From the NCBI GenBank assembly GCA_965285935.1, contig OZ260665.1:83266001-83330000 (forward strand): DNA of 64,000 nt, written 5' to 3'. Position numbers and translations under genes: made by a program. Below are positions 13,127 to 27,200 of the stretch, in pieces. Below the pieces are notes generated by a model that was given only the letters and a program-made list of their open reading frames with translations, had not been told where the DNA came from and made no database searches. Within the stretch, counting starts at the first letter, position 1; every line of letters starts with the position of its first letter. Source of the stretch: Ophelia neglecta (Eukaryota).

Positions 13127-14749
13127 TAAGCGTACATTTATATGCCACTTCAGTTTGATTAGCTGTCTCTTAAACTTGAAGGTAAATGTAATATGACTGG
13201 CCTAGTTCAGTTTGACTTGGGGGTAACTTCAGCTGGAGTCTATTCACCTGGTACGAGCATGTTCATTACTCGAGTTGAAATCAAGAACACAGAATATCAT
13301 GATTTTTATCATCCACTTGAGATAAGTATAAAAAATAAACTAAACCCAACCAAACTATCATTCACAAGTAGTAATAATTAAAAGCGATTGTTGCTGAAAT
13401 CATTAAATTTGGCTTAAGGTCGATTTGAATTTGATTTATTAGCTAGTTAATAAGTTAATCTACCTTATTTGTTCTCTTTTCTAAGCAATGCTTTAAAGAT
13501 TAAACCACATACTTCCCTATTGTTCAGTCAAATAATACACCGTTGTTCACTCAATGAACAACACCATTCACTAATCAATAGATCTAACTCAGATCCAACT
13601 AACATTGATGTCACCCTGTCTTAAAAATGTTGAACACGCTATCACTGGTCTGAATTCATAGTATATTGTGTCTGCTGGTCCAAACAAACATAAGAATTTA
13701 TATTTAATGTATACTAGCGATCAAATCTGCTTAATTCTAACCACCTGTCAGTGAATATTTTGTCCTAGTATTGACATATTTTCATAGGAACTTTTCAAGG
13801 GACTCTATTATATATATATTTTAATATGTTAATTTTCGTTTAGAGACAAATAGTTTTGCTATCAAATGAACGGTATGAAATACAAATCAACGAAATGGTT
13901 ACAATCTTATGATGTTGCATTAAACTTTTTTACAGGGAATGCAAGGTGCTGCGGGACTACCTCTGCTGTGTCATGTGATATGACTCAGATTCCAAGACGA
14001 AATGGTTCATTTGGCCAAATATGGTTAATCAAGTCTACTTATCGATCGCAAATGAATTATCACTTCTTCTATTTACTATTCACAAATTAACTGGTATTGA
14101 CTAGATTGAAGTTCTTGTTTCCAGTTAATAATAGACAATTTTGAATTTCATGGATCTACAAACATCTCCAAGTTATGGTACAACCAAACCATGACCCAAC
14201 ATTATACCATTTTGAGGGTATTTTTGGATCTTTTAAACAAGAAATTGGGCTTTTTGAGGAGAACAACCATTTGAATAAAACGAACTAAATATTCAACTTC
14301 CCTTTGCACATGAATACAGTACGTCCACTCACCTTAACAACACGATTCCCCTTTAGCCCATGAAGTGTTTACCGTTCACCCTATTTACCGCCAGCCTACA
14401 GTGTACGCGGCGCGCACTGTGGATTCGGTTTCCCAAACACAGGGGAATCCCATGACGCATTCTGTCATGATTTTTTCCCTGACAAATCTTTTTCATAATG
14501 ATGCTTTCAAATCATTCCTTTTTATACAATTATACTATCCAATGAGTTCCTTTTTCAGAATTAGGCTATCAAATGCTTCGTCACATATATAGACATATCT
14601 ATATATATCTACAACAAGGGTAATATTTTCTTAACAATTGACCATAATCGGTATACCTTTTTAACGTATTTTCTATCATAATGACCCCCTTTTACAACGC
14701 TGCGGGGAGCACCGCACCCTAAAATAATTGAAGTACCCCCCGCATGCTT

Positions 14750-15030
14750 TAAACCAGGAAATTGAAATTGTAAAGCAGTATATTCGATACTGTAAGCCAG
14801 GAAATATAAAACAAGAAATTGGACTGTAAACCAGGAAATGTTAACCAGGAAATAGAGACTGTAAACCAAGAAATCAATAATGAAAACCAGGAAATTTAAA
14901 CCAAACAATTGACACTGTAAACTTGGAAATAAAAACTCTAAAGCACGAAATCCATACTGTAAACCAGGAAATCGATACTGTAAACCAGGAAATCGATACT
15001 GTAAACCAGGAAATTGACACTGTGAACAAG
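14750..15030. repeat. ~23-bp minisatellite (ACTGTAAACCAGGAAATCGAT core)
   Basis: About 10 degenerate copies of actgtaaaccaggaaat. Confidence 0.75.
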
Positions 15031-15954
15031 GATATTTAGGGTGCCTAAATTAAAGTTAACCATTGCAAATATGCTCTACTTCACCTCGCCTGCGTCACCA
15101 GATTGACTAGAACCAAAATATCCTGTGCTTATTTCGCTAACATTTCAAGCGAGCAAACTATTCTGGCATATAACAAAACCTATTCTGCCCAAATTATTTT
15201 GGTTTACATTATATAAGCGTTCTGTCCACGTTATTCTGGTTAACATTAGATAGGCATATGATAAAACCCATTCTGTCCAGCAGCAGCACCAAAGAAAACA
15301 GCCCCCCATAACCACCAAAGTTTATTGGGTCTGGCTTCTTGCGCAATTACAACTGTACTGTGGACTACCAAAAGAATATGTTGACTGTGAGTGACCGAGT
15401 AATCCATGCAACAGCCAAGAGGGATAACAACCATATACTACTATATACATGGATACTACTGCCATAAATAACTTGCTTGACTTAACCAAACTCGACGCCT
15501 GGGAGCGAGTTGTCAAACGTAACCCCCGAATTAAGACGGGCATGCAAGGACTGTCTTGTCTCCCACTCTAAGTGAGGGAAAATAGCATATAAACAATTGA
15601 TTTTTCCAAGACTATAATTATATGATCTCGGTCCTGTCAGGGTTAAGTTTCAGAAAGTTTCGCTTCATTTATTGTTGGTCAGCCACCAAACTACATTCAA
15701 TGTTAGAGGTAACATGTCCAATAGCTAGACTGGTAGCTAGACGAACAGTCATTCCCCCTAATGCTGTGATCATAAGTGTTAGTAAAGGAACATAAAAGGT
15801 TAGTTGTTGAAAAAATAGATAAAAGAAAGTTCCATAAACTTTCGCACTTTAAAAATGGTTTCACGTTTAAGATCTACTACATTTTGTAGTAGAGATCTAT
15901 AGACCTCAAGAAACCAAGGATCTGCTGTGGGCATGTGGGCATGCATATTTATAT

Positions 15955-18640
15955 TCAGGTTTAAACGACAGTCCATCTCCATATGTCGCTGTAAGAAACC
16001 CCACTGACCACTTTGTCACCCTCAGACAAAACACGGTAATTGGCAACGTTACAGACATTACTGAGGTAGTCCCCTTGCCTCGAGATATGGGAAGTGACAA
16101 GGTTCAGGTGCGTTGTGCCCGCACCGAGACTATGCCACGGACTCAATCAACCGAATGTGAACTGGGCCTGGACATGATAGATACAATAGACCGGTTGAAC
16201 TATCCTCTAGTGTCGGCAGACTTGTTAAAAACTCTATGTCGAAAATTACCTGGGCACCTTCAAGATCTGTTTATAAAATTCTGTAAGCTACTAACAGAGT
16301 CACAATGTGAACAACTCTGTGAAGTACTAAAAAATTATCAGGATGTGTTCTCTGGGCACGAATTGGATCTGGGTCATTTCACAGTGATGACAAATAAAAT
16401 CAAGACAAAAGGGGATACGCCAGTCCGGTCTAGGCAACGTAGGACGCCCCCTTGCGGCGGAGGAGGGGAAGCACCTCGAGTCCATGTTAAGTGCCGGCAT
16501 CATACAATCCTCCCAGTCAGAGTGGGCGTCTGTACCAATCCTGGTAAGAAAAAAGGACGGTAGTGTCAGATATTGCATTGACTTCCGGGCACTCAACAAC
16601 CTGACAGTAAAAGATGCCTTCCCTGTTCCTCTGATAAAGAAGTGTATAGACAGTCTCAGGGGCACAGAGTTCTATTCAACTCTCGATATGTCCAGTGGGT
16701 ACTGGCAGATTGCCCTAGATAAGGCAGATCCCCCTAAGACTGCATTTATTACCAAGTGTAGCTTATTTGAACACCGAGAAATGGCTTTAGGGCTGTGTAA
16801 TGCGCCAAGCACATATATGAGGGCAATGGACATGGTTCTACAAGGCCTCACCTGGAAGGAGGTCTTAACATACCTAGATGATGTGATTGTAGTCGGGAAA
16901 TTTTTACGAAATATGACCTAAAGCTCAAGGCCAAAACATGTTGTCCTTCCAAATTGAAGTCCTCTACCTGGGTAGAATAGTAAACAGAGAAGGTATGTCC
17001 ATTGACCCTTAAAAGGACAAGGTACATAGACTTGGACTGGCCTATACCAATGTCACGACATTCAGGTATTCTTGGGTCTGATAGGGTACCATAGGGAATT
17101 TCTGAGGTCACTATCTGAAATAGCGGAACCCTTATACGAGTTGGTTGGGCCGAAGAAAACCTTCGAATGGACCCAAGAGAAACAGTTGTCCTTCGAAAGA
17201 CTCAAGAATTTTTCTATAGTAGCCCCCGTTTTGAGTTTCCCGGATATTGACTCCCCATTAACCTCGACGTAGATGCCAGAAAAAGAGCTGAGTTACTTCA
17301 AAAAATAGAAGGTAGGGAACATGTTATAACTTTTGGCTAATATAGGTTGACACCAGCCCAACGGCGGTGTTGTACAACTAGGAAGGAATTACTGGCAGTA
17401 GTAAGGGTCACGCGTCAATATCGACATTACCTCCTTGGGCGACGCTTTACAATAAGGAAGGACCATAACAGTCTGGTAAGGCGCATGCGCTTCTGCACCC
17501 CGGAAGGACAGCTGGCTCGTTGGGTAGAGGAATTGAGCCAATATGATATGGAAATCCAGCATACGGCTGGATCAAAACATGTTAATGCCGACTGTCTGTC
17601 CAGGATCCCAGACCTACTAGAAGAGTGCAATTGCTATAAGGCTGGTGCGAGCTTGGGAAAGTTACTATGTGGTGGCTGTAAATATTTTAGGATGTACTAC
17701 TTCTTAGGCCACCAGACCACCTGGGATGAATCGCTGCTGCAGCTAGTCAGAGCACTACGCTCTGCGGTCAACCGTACTACTGGGTTCAATGCGAATATGC
17801 TGATGTTGGGTAGAGAAACAACCCTTCCCCATGTCGGTGAATATATCCGTGGCCTACGTGATACCCCCTCGGAGGTTCATCAGCTGGCTAGCGCAACCCT
17901 TAATGCAGCCATTGAAACCCAGAATAACAGTATGATCTAAAATCAAAACAGAGCAAGTTTGGCATCGGTGACCTTGTGTACAAAATCAATATGGCAAGAA
18001 AAGTTGGGGAATCCAGCAAGTTACATAAACCATTGGTCGGTGCCTACGTGGTCACCGCTGCCCTTTTTGGTCTATAGAATTAGAAACAGAAGAAAATATT
18101 CCATGATCCATCTTGATCACCTAATAAGTGGTCAGTATAGACACACAACCCATTGGGTCCAAAGCTTCCGAACAAAATCGTTCAACACCGGTGTGAGGGA
18201 ACGTGCTGAGTCAAATTTGAATGGAACTGGGAATAGTGAGGTAGACGTAACAAACGTTTCGTGTCCATGGGCAGAAGATAATAATAATAATTTTATTTCT
18301 TATAAAGCGCACATATCCAGTAAAAACAACTGCTCAAGGCGCTGTACAATATAAAAAATGGCACAATAAGTTAAGGTGTACATATATCACAATGCAAAGA
18401 TCAATTGGCACAATAAGGTAATTTTAAGTATTTAATACACCCCCAAGTCTTAGAGGACCATAAAAAGACATTAACGTATCGAACAGGGCTACAAAATGTG
18501 CCATTAAGACCCAATACCCCCACTTCCGAAACTCAGCCTTCTACTTTGGATCAAACAATAAATAATCCACCCACTAGAGTGTCATCGAGGGGTCGGGTTC
18601 TGAAAGCCTTGCGGCATAGGGACTTCGACTACGAGTAAGA
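15955..18640 (+). mobile_element. Decayed Gypsy (Ty3) LTR retrotransposon pol fragment (RT, RNase H, truncated integrase)
   Basis: SEWASVPILVRKKDGSVRYCIDFRALN, STLDMSSGYWQI, GLCNAPST, YLDDV (RT); RKELLAVV..YLLGRRF..GQLARW..HVNADCLSR (RNase H); integrase C-terminal remnant WD..LRSAVNRTTGF..LMLGRE; tail SSRGRVLK..* ending 18638. Multiple frameshifts and stops; no LTRs identified. Confidence 0.9.
18278..18442 (-). mobile_element. 3' tail fragment of a LINE inserted in the Gypsy relic
   Basis: Near-identical reverse complement of 63170-63340 (the LINE 3'UTR with its (ATT)n tail). Confidence 0.8.
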
Positions 18641-19126
18641 CCCCATACTCGCACAACACTATTGTATCATAATGTATATAAGGATGGGGAATTATACACA
18701 CACACTAATTGGTGGCGGTGAAATGTTCTAATTATGGAAGTGGCTGGGAAAACTAATTCTTAACAAAGATAATACTAGGACTGAATAAAAGTACTCAACT
18801 ACGGGTGATGCCGAACAATTAAAATGTATGCATGTTAACCTGCAATTGTTTCTTGTATCAGATAACATAGACGGTCCTCACGAGATGTTATTAGCCAGGT
18901 CAATAGAGGACCTGCAGGACATATAACTAGAGCGAGCACTCTTTTTCTGCAGGACATTTCCTGAATTATGTTCGATTATGTTTGTAGTTATTGAATCGTT
19001 TTGATATTTTTTATAACCGCTCAAGTGCGTTGTGCTAATCATACACTATAAGCTTACTACTGGAGTAATACATGCGGGTGAGGGAGGGGGGGGGGGGGCG
19101 GTGTTTGGTGGATGCGATTATATGTA

Positions 19127-19299
19127 CAGTGAAACCTGTGAATTGAAACCACCCAAGGGAATGGGAAATACTGGTCTATTTATGGAGGTGGTCTGTTTAG
19201 GTTATTTTCATTAACATTGTACAGTATTGTCTTCTGATTAGGGGTCTGAAAAGACAGGTGGTCTGAATATAGAGGTGGTCTTTAAGGCAGGTTTCACTG
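19127..19299. mobile_element. Tc1/mariner-type MITE (CAGTGAAACC TIR, TA flanks)
   Basis: TA|CAGTGAAACCTG...CAGGTTTCACTG|TA; same family at 26901, 41400 and 41998, partial copies at ~38955 and ~46960. Confidence 0.8.
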
Positions 19300-19553
19300 T
19301 ATTTAAAACTGACCTATATATTGAGTTTGTTAGAGCACAACTACCCTGACACAAGCCCCCCCCCCCCCCCCCCCCCGAGGGGAGGACCTCCCCTTCCATC
19401 GAATGTTTAAATCCATGGATTGTGTTCTAACATGCACAGAACCTAGTATTGACAAATTTTGACATTCGAAACCAAGACGCGAGGTAATTTCCCGGCAGTT
19501 CTAACATGCACAGAACCTAGTATTGACAAATTTTGACATTCGAAACCAAGACG

Positions 19554-19641
19554 CACAGGGGCTTGTGTCAAAGCCTATGTATGTATATATACTAACTACA
19601 CTACGTTATATAGTATAGGTATGTTGACACAAGCCCCTGTG
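19554..19641. repeat. Short inverted-repeat element (CACAGGGGCTTGTGTCAA arms)
   Basis: Perfect ~18-bp inverted arms around an AT-rich core; it follows a ~56-bp direct duplication at ~19425-19553. Confidence 0.6.
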
Positions 19642-20124
19642 AGTTAAGGCGCAAAGGAACAAATTAATTTTCATTGCAAAGGAAGCAATTGAAGCACAAC
19701 AACGTGCCTTGTGATCCTCTCCATTGTAGTCTGAGCGGACATTAAATGAACTAGTTCGACACTGCGACTATAAAGGTAAAGCATTGGTTTCAATCAAATA
19801 TCTATTTTATATCAATTACTTATTAGAATTAGTCGGTCTATATACTTGCCAACTGTCCAAGTTAAAATATTTTGAAAATAGCCCAGAAGCTGCTATCTGT
19901 CGTAAAGGAATTGAATGTCATTGCTTCTAATTGATTTGAAATGTCATATTGCACTTTGTTGCATTGCTGGTAAATGACCTGCCCTCACTTATAGCTTATT
20001 GTTCATAGGAAATCCTATTTGATTATGTAACTACCTTTTCTTAGAGGCGGCGGTTGGGGGAGTTGAGGTATATTGTCCAGTAAATCTGGGGGATGGGGGG
20101 GGGGGGGGTTATAAGGGAACGGTA

Positions 20125-20450
20125 TAGATGTATATTGCTATTACCTGAATATTTGCTGTACACCTGGAGTTGGCAAACTTTTGTATGAATAATACTATGG
20201 TTTCATGTTTTGTACCCCCGCCCCCTTTCATATAATTGCTCTCTTAATATTACCTATATGACGTCATGGTCAAGTGCTTAGGGTTTTAGATGTATAATGC
20301 TATTACCTGAATATTTGTTGTACACCTGGAGTTGGCCAACTATTGTATGAATATAATACTATGGTTTCATGTTTTGTACCCCGCCCCCCCCCCCCGCCCC
20401 CCCTTCTTATAATTGCTTCCTTAATATTACCTATATGACGTCATGGTGTG
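20125..20450. repeat. ~165-bp direct tandem duplication (2 copies)
   Basis: tgctattacctgaatatttg..tacctatatgacgtcatggt occurs twice. Confidence 0.75.
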
Positions 20451-21099
20451 GATTTTTAACAAATAAGTTGTCCTTGTACTATACTGACTTCAATAGGGAC
20501 AACGTAAGAGAGAAGTGATGAGTTCTTTCGACTTGACAACAACCTTAAAATCGTGCACACTCATGTAAATCACCCACCTTTAACATATTCTCTCTTGTAA
20601 GACTCCTTGGACGGAACACGAACCAACCTGGCCAGAAGTAGATCGTTTTAAATCTGTTTACATTTAAAAGTCTATTTGCACTAACTGTCTAGGCAGAGTA
20701 AGTAAATACGGACTGCCTTTCAAGCGGGTGTATTGTACGATATGTGCCTGAATGTCAATTTAGGTTTATTCGAGTTTCTTACATCAATATACCAGATAAA
20801 AAATGTGTCAATGATGTCCTGAGCCCAAGTCGTCTTTGTTAACAACTATTTCATCAGAGTGATGTCCCGAGAAAGCACTGAGGATATTCCTGAATCTCAA
20901 GGCCCCTTCAGATAAGTGTTTCGAAAATCAGCAGAGTGTGACAAGGGGCATCGGAGACCAAACATCTCTCAGTATAAAAAAAAAATGCTATAAATTGTAT
21001 TATACCAAACTTTTTTCATTCCAGTAGGTATCTTTGCAGTCATAGATAACATACAATTAATAATAATAATTATTATTACGTTTTTTATAGTTCCGGACC

Positions 21100-21210
21100 A
21101 TGTCATCAGAGGGCATGGGTGTGTTCCGGAGAGGACTTCGGCCTCCATCCCTCTGTAAACAGCTACAGAGCATTCTGAGGCAGTACGAGGACAGCGGCCA
21201 GATCCTCAAG
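21100..21210 (+). CDS. Paralog B coding exon 1
   Basis: MSSEGMGVFRRGLRPPSLCKQLQSILRQYEDSGQILK|gtaatc. Confidence 0.9.
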
Positions 21211-24200
21211 GTAATCCACGTGATGTTACTAGTTTGGCAGTCTCGCGAGATCACACAGGACAAGGTTAAATGTTCGCCGTCGTACACCCAAAGGCCCATG
21301 TTCAGTCCACATTTAAACCGTATTCTTACATTTTTATTGGAAACACATAGATGTTCTTTTGCCAAATAGATTTGCCTAGATATTTAAGAAACCACACTCT
21401 AAATTTGATTCTACTATTAAATGTAGATGACCACTTTACAATTGTGCAGATCTACTCCAACATTATACTAATAAGTAAGATTTTTCCTTTTGATCTATCA
21501 GTTTAAAAAGAATAGCAACTACGCTGACGATTGAGATATCCTTCTGTTACAACTGTTAATTTTAAAGTAAATACGAGTTAAAAGCTGTAAACCTGTCGCA
21601 GTTTCGCTTCCATTGTTGAGAAGGCAGGAAATAACAATAGTCTTCCCCTCACCTCCGCTCCAATCCCCCCTTTCTATCTCCTTTCCTTAATCCTCCTCCG
21701 CCACTCTAATGCCATCACCTCCCCACCCCCAATCCCCGCCGACCTCTCTGTCCTCGTCTCCGACCTCCATTCGACCTTTACACCTACCCTGCCCAACAAT
21801 TACTATACGATACAGGAGCAGAAATCTGACAATTAAAAGCAGATTGGCTCACAAACAATAGCACAAATTAGTTAATTACAAATACTTCATGTACCAGTAA
21901 TACTTCAAAACCACGTATTTTATCTACATCATGTTCGTAAACCTCTTTCCTCGTGGAGCCTATCGGAAACGTATTGATTCACAAGTCACAAGCTTCCAGT
22001 AGAAAATGTGTTTAAATGAACATCTCAGATAATTCGAAATGGGTAAATGACTATTGTATACGTGCTTTCACATCAGGCTGTGATAAAATTGAACAACATT
22101 ATAGGAGCTGCTTCAGAATGCAGATGATGCGAAGGCCTCACGAGTAGTATTCCTGTACGACAAAACCCAGCACAGCACTGCACCAGAAGACCTTCTACAT
22201 CCGGGACTGGGCAAATACCAAGTAAGTGAACTCTTTACTACAGTACAACTGGGGCTGACATTCAATGTTTTGAATTGGTGTAAACTACTTAGATTAAAAA
22301 GTGGCATTTTCGCTTCAGATTCTAAGTAGTTTTCAAATAAGTACATATCACATCAGTGTCTGTACCATTTGGCCAAGTCCGCTATAGCAAGCGAGAGCAG
22401 ATACGACTTCGGATATAAAAGTACGTAAGTGTGATATTATATTTATACATCAGTGCAGGTTATGACCTGCAGACAACAACAGGATGGATAAATGATATTG
22501 AACCCTCCAACAGTAGGCCTATTGAGGCGAACGGGAAAACGATCTTACAACATGTACCTATTAACATTGTTATCACTGTATTAAAAAGACATCCCTGCTG
22601 CACGAGTCTATTTCAACTCTCAATCCTGCAGGGGACAGCACTGCATATAGTCCGCAGCATGATTGGGGCAAAAGATGTGATTTTGCAGCGCTGGTGAGCT
22701 CATTGATAACCTTGTAGTCATCAGAAAAAAAATGAAAATTACACATTTGGGGAGCCTATTTATGTATAAATCATCCCTGCAATTGTTTAATGTTTCCGTC
22801 ACTTCGACGATGGGGTAAAAATGCCAGTTAAATAAATTCCCCATGCCAAATCCCCATGCACAGCTAATATTAGCCTTACTAATACTGATGTGCAGACCGC
22901 TGATTCTTTAATTGCAATCGACGATGAGAAATGTGGCATTGTTTATGGTGATATTATGTGACTATAGGGTGCATCACTGTTTATTTTGATACTATTTGAC
23001 TATTGGGTCCGGCACTGTTCATTGTGATATTATGTGACTATAGGGTCCACCACTGTTTATTGTGAGATAATATGACTATAGGGTCCACAACTGTTTATTT
23101 TAATATTATTTGACTATAGGGTTCACCACTGTTTATTGTGAGATTATGTGACTATAGGGTGCCGCATTGTTCATTGTGATATTATGTGACTATATGGTCC
23201 ATCACTGTTTATTGTGATATTATGTGACTATAGGGTCAATCACTGTTTATTGTGATATTATGTGACTATAGGGTCCGGCACTGTTTATTGTGATATTGTG
23301 TGACTATAGGGTCCGGCATTGTTTATTATGATATTATGTGACTATAGGGTCCGGCACTGTTTATTGTGATATTATGTGACTATAGGGTCCGGCACTGTTT
23401 GCATACAATGACGCTGTTTTCACCAAAGATGACTGGGAGAACATTCTTCTGCTGCATGACAGCAAAAAGGCGACAGACAAAATGAAAGTCGGTAGATTTG
23501 GACTTGGTTTCAAATCAGTATTCCATATAACAGGTAACTATTTAGCAAATATTAGCTTTTAATGCCCGCCCAAATATGCCAAAATGTAGCTTGAGATTTA
23601 TTTTGAGCAACCTCCGAATATATTTGTTTTCGCAGCCAATATAAATTCAAAGAAGACTAAATGCATATGCAATGGATCCTCTTTAACAGTTATCATATAT
23701 AGAATGAATGCAATAGTGTGGCCTGCGGTGTCAATAGTTGCTTCAGATATTTCAGATCAGATCACGGTTGTTTAATGTGTGTCAATTTGGTCCTGCCCTT
23801 TACATCAAAACTTTACTTTTTATTTAGTATTGCTTTTCTTTATCTATTTATTTATTTATAGATGCTATTACATAATAACTTGGCTTTAAAGATTAATAAT
23901 TTTTAAGATGTGAAAGTAATTATACTAGAAGCGGTGGAGGCTTTAATATTATGAAATATAGTGCCATGGCATATATGTCTATTCATCTTATAATTTAATT
24001 TTGTATTGTATGCTTATCTTATAAATTCATAAATTGTAATGTGCCATTGAACATTGGTACATAAGAATGGCAGTAATAATAATAATAATAATAATAATAA
24101 TTACTAAAAGTTATGATTTCTGCCTTTATTTTGACAGCAGAAGCCTAGAGCTACATTGTCAGCCTATAGAAATCCACACTTAGTGCATCCTATGTTTCCA

Positions 24201-27200
24201 GATTTGCCATTTGAGTATTTTTAAATGTCAAATCACTAAGATTATGATTTCAGCATTTATTTAAGCAGCTAGAGCTTACAACTAATTGGGAGTTTATAGG
24301 AAACCAACTTTTGCTCACCGTATCAAGTACCAAGTTTTGATTTTGACGTGGACTTTCAAGGACAAGTCATTGAAATCATTGTTTCTTCCTTTTTTTAACG
24401 ACTAAAGCCTAGACCTCCGTTGTGAATCTATATGCTACCAGACTTTACAGTTGTTTTTACAGAGTTTTCATGTTGAATGAGCAACTTTGTCTTGTCAGCC
24501 TAGCCCTGAGTTTGCACGACATACCCACCTATCTGAAGCCTACTGCTTTAGTTTTTTGAGGCACATTTGGTTGATGACTATGTGGAACCAATTATTAGCT
24601 TCCCCACGAGAATAATTCTATGGTTTTTGTGGTGAGACCGAATGCTATCAAAAAAAAAAAAGACTTTTGGTGACACTGGCAAACCAAATATCGCGCATCT
24701 TATAGAATATACAAATGTGACCATTTTGGGCGTTTTCAAGGTCATATAATTAAAATCATGTTTTCTAGCTTCATTTAGCAGCTAGAGCATAGAACTCAAA
24801 TGGGAGCTTGTAGGAAACCAGACTTGTGCATCCTTTTCACAGGAAAACCAATGTATTTTTAGAAATGTTAGCATGTGTTTGTTTCGTAGACCTGTGTGAA
24901 TTTTCATTCCAATCTTTTGCTTGTCAAAGATTTGAATGAGCAGTTGAATAAGCAGTTATGGTCAGAACTGTTCCGATTTATCATAATCTTCTTACACCAG
25001 TTAATATGAAATAGTCACACACTGAATTCATAAAAGTATCAACTGTTTATTCTGTGTAGATTTGCCTGAAGTGCTAAGTGGGCACAATATTGGAGCAGTG
25101 GAACCGCATGAAAGACTTTTCACATATGATGACGACATAGGAATGCCAGTCAGGACATCTGCAAAAGATTGGAAACTAAGTGACCTTATAAGGTCAAAGT
25201 CATTGTCAAAGTTATCTCCATTTATGTCTGAAGTGTTTTTCGATGGCGACAAAGGGCTGGTTGGGGACCACTTCCCCGGCACGGTCTTCAGGTTTCCCCT
25301 GCGGTGTGAAGCCCACAAGTCATTGCTCTCCGACAACCTGTATGACGACAGAAAGGCGAGACTGCTGCTCGACTCCCTGTCTGTGGAGTCAGAAATGTCT
25401 CTGCTTTTTCTGAAAAACATTGAGAAAATTGAAATTTATGAGAGACAACCAAATGCCAAACCTCAGAGGTTGCTGACCATCGAGATAACCCAGAACACTC
25501 TTGCCAACGTTAGGAGGGCCAGACAACACTTCCTGCAGTGTGTTGAGGAAAGTATCTGTTCTGAGAATGCAGAGCCTGTCAAAGTGGACTATATCATGTC
25601 TATAGAGACGGTGAAGTATGAAGCAGGAGCGGTCAAAGAGAGGCGAGAAACGTCATGGATGGTCGTCCAGTATTTGGGAGGGGGACGTGAACTGTGGTCA
25701 GACATCAATGACAAGTACCCTGGGGCTAAGCACCTGCCTTGGGTTAGCACTGCCGTCAGGCTAGGGGCGCCCCCTTCAGAGCCGGCTGGTCACGTGTTCT
25801 GCTTTCTGCCACTCCCTCTGGTGCCTGAGAATCACACAGGGCTACATATGCATGTAAACGGATACTTCGCTGTTGATTCGAGCAGAAGGTAAATAAGACA
25901 TTACTTTCAAATACGAGGGTTTTGTTGTTGACATAATATTTTTTAACATATCTACTAATTTTGAATTAATCTGTGCTTTGTGTATTAAGCTTGAAAATGT
26001 CAACTTCATAAAAAAAAACATGTTTTGGTTTCAATTAATAGAAATGCATGTTAATTATTCAGATATTTAAAGTGGCCCAGCCTTGACCAGAAAGAAGTCA
26101 CAGACCCGGAAATGCTGTGGAACCAATTTCTTCTGGAGAAGATTCTGCCGACGGCAATGGTGGAGCTCATTTTGTCATGTATACATGAACAGAACCAAAC
26201 CTCTGTGTTTAACTCCGATCTCATATACAGCCTAATTCCTGACCCAGCAAACCCTTCGCTGAAGGTCTCCATGTGGAGAGATGCTCTGCCATCTTTTTTC
26301 AATTTACTGGCTTCGAAGGCTGTGTTCTTCAAACAGGAGCCTGACCCAGGTTGGTTGCAATGGTCTGAAGGGATCATGTCACCTCCTTGCTTCACAGAAA
26401 ATGAGGAAAATGTTATTCGCAGTATATTTCTGGAAGCTGGACAGCCTTTCGTTGAGCCACCTTTCCATGTCAGAGCTTCATTTGAAACTGCAACAGGAAC
26501 ACAGGCTGAGCAAGTGTCTCCATCTCGTGTCCGATCTTTGTTACACCTAGACCCAAGCCTTACGGAGGGTCTTGAGAAGGAAGAGCGGCTCACCTTGCTC
26601 CAGTACGTCCTATCAGACGGAGCACACTGGGAGATGCCAGGTATATCTCACCTTCTTCCTCTGGCTGATGGCAGCTTCTCATGCTTCGACCAAAGTTGGG
26701 CTAGTCCCGTATTCATCGACAACCTGGATATGATGAGGCTCTTGCCTGGGACGCAGACATCTTTTCTTCAGCCACAGCTATCAGTAGAACTGCAGGGGGA
26801 GCTCGAAGCCCTTGCTCAATCTGGTGAATATTTCAATGTTGCCTCGCATTTAGTAATTATTATTATTATTATAAGTAGACCTAATGCAGCATTTGAAGTA
26901 CAGTGAAAACTGCCTTTAAGACCACCTCTATAATCAGGTCTCCTGTCAATTCACACTATCTAAAGAACCAATTGTACACTTCCTTCTGATATGAAATAAT
27001 ATGCGTGTAAATAGACAACCTTCATAATCGGACCAGTGTGTTTCAGTTCCATGGGTGGTCTCAATTCACAGGTTCCACTGTAGAGTAAATGACGACATTT
27101 CAGTGAGCAGGACAATTACATAAATCATGCTTCACCATATATTTTCAAATTGAAATATCGTGAAGTTAGGATAGAAAGGTTTCCTATAGAAAGTAGGGCT

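Noticed and set aside
21599-21613. ISRE/EICE-like AGTTTCGCTTCC in sacsin B intron 1 (similar at ~15656)
   Set aside because: Short imperfect motifs are expected by chance; no TSS or conservation support.
22632-22693. Possible alternative exon (cag|GTALHIV...|gtgagc) resembling the start of exon 3
   Set aside because: Similarity is limited to a few codons, and its 62-nt length would shift the frame.
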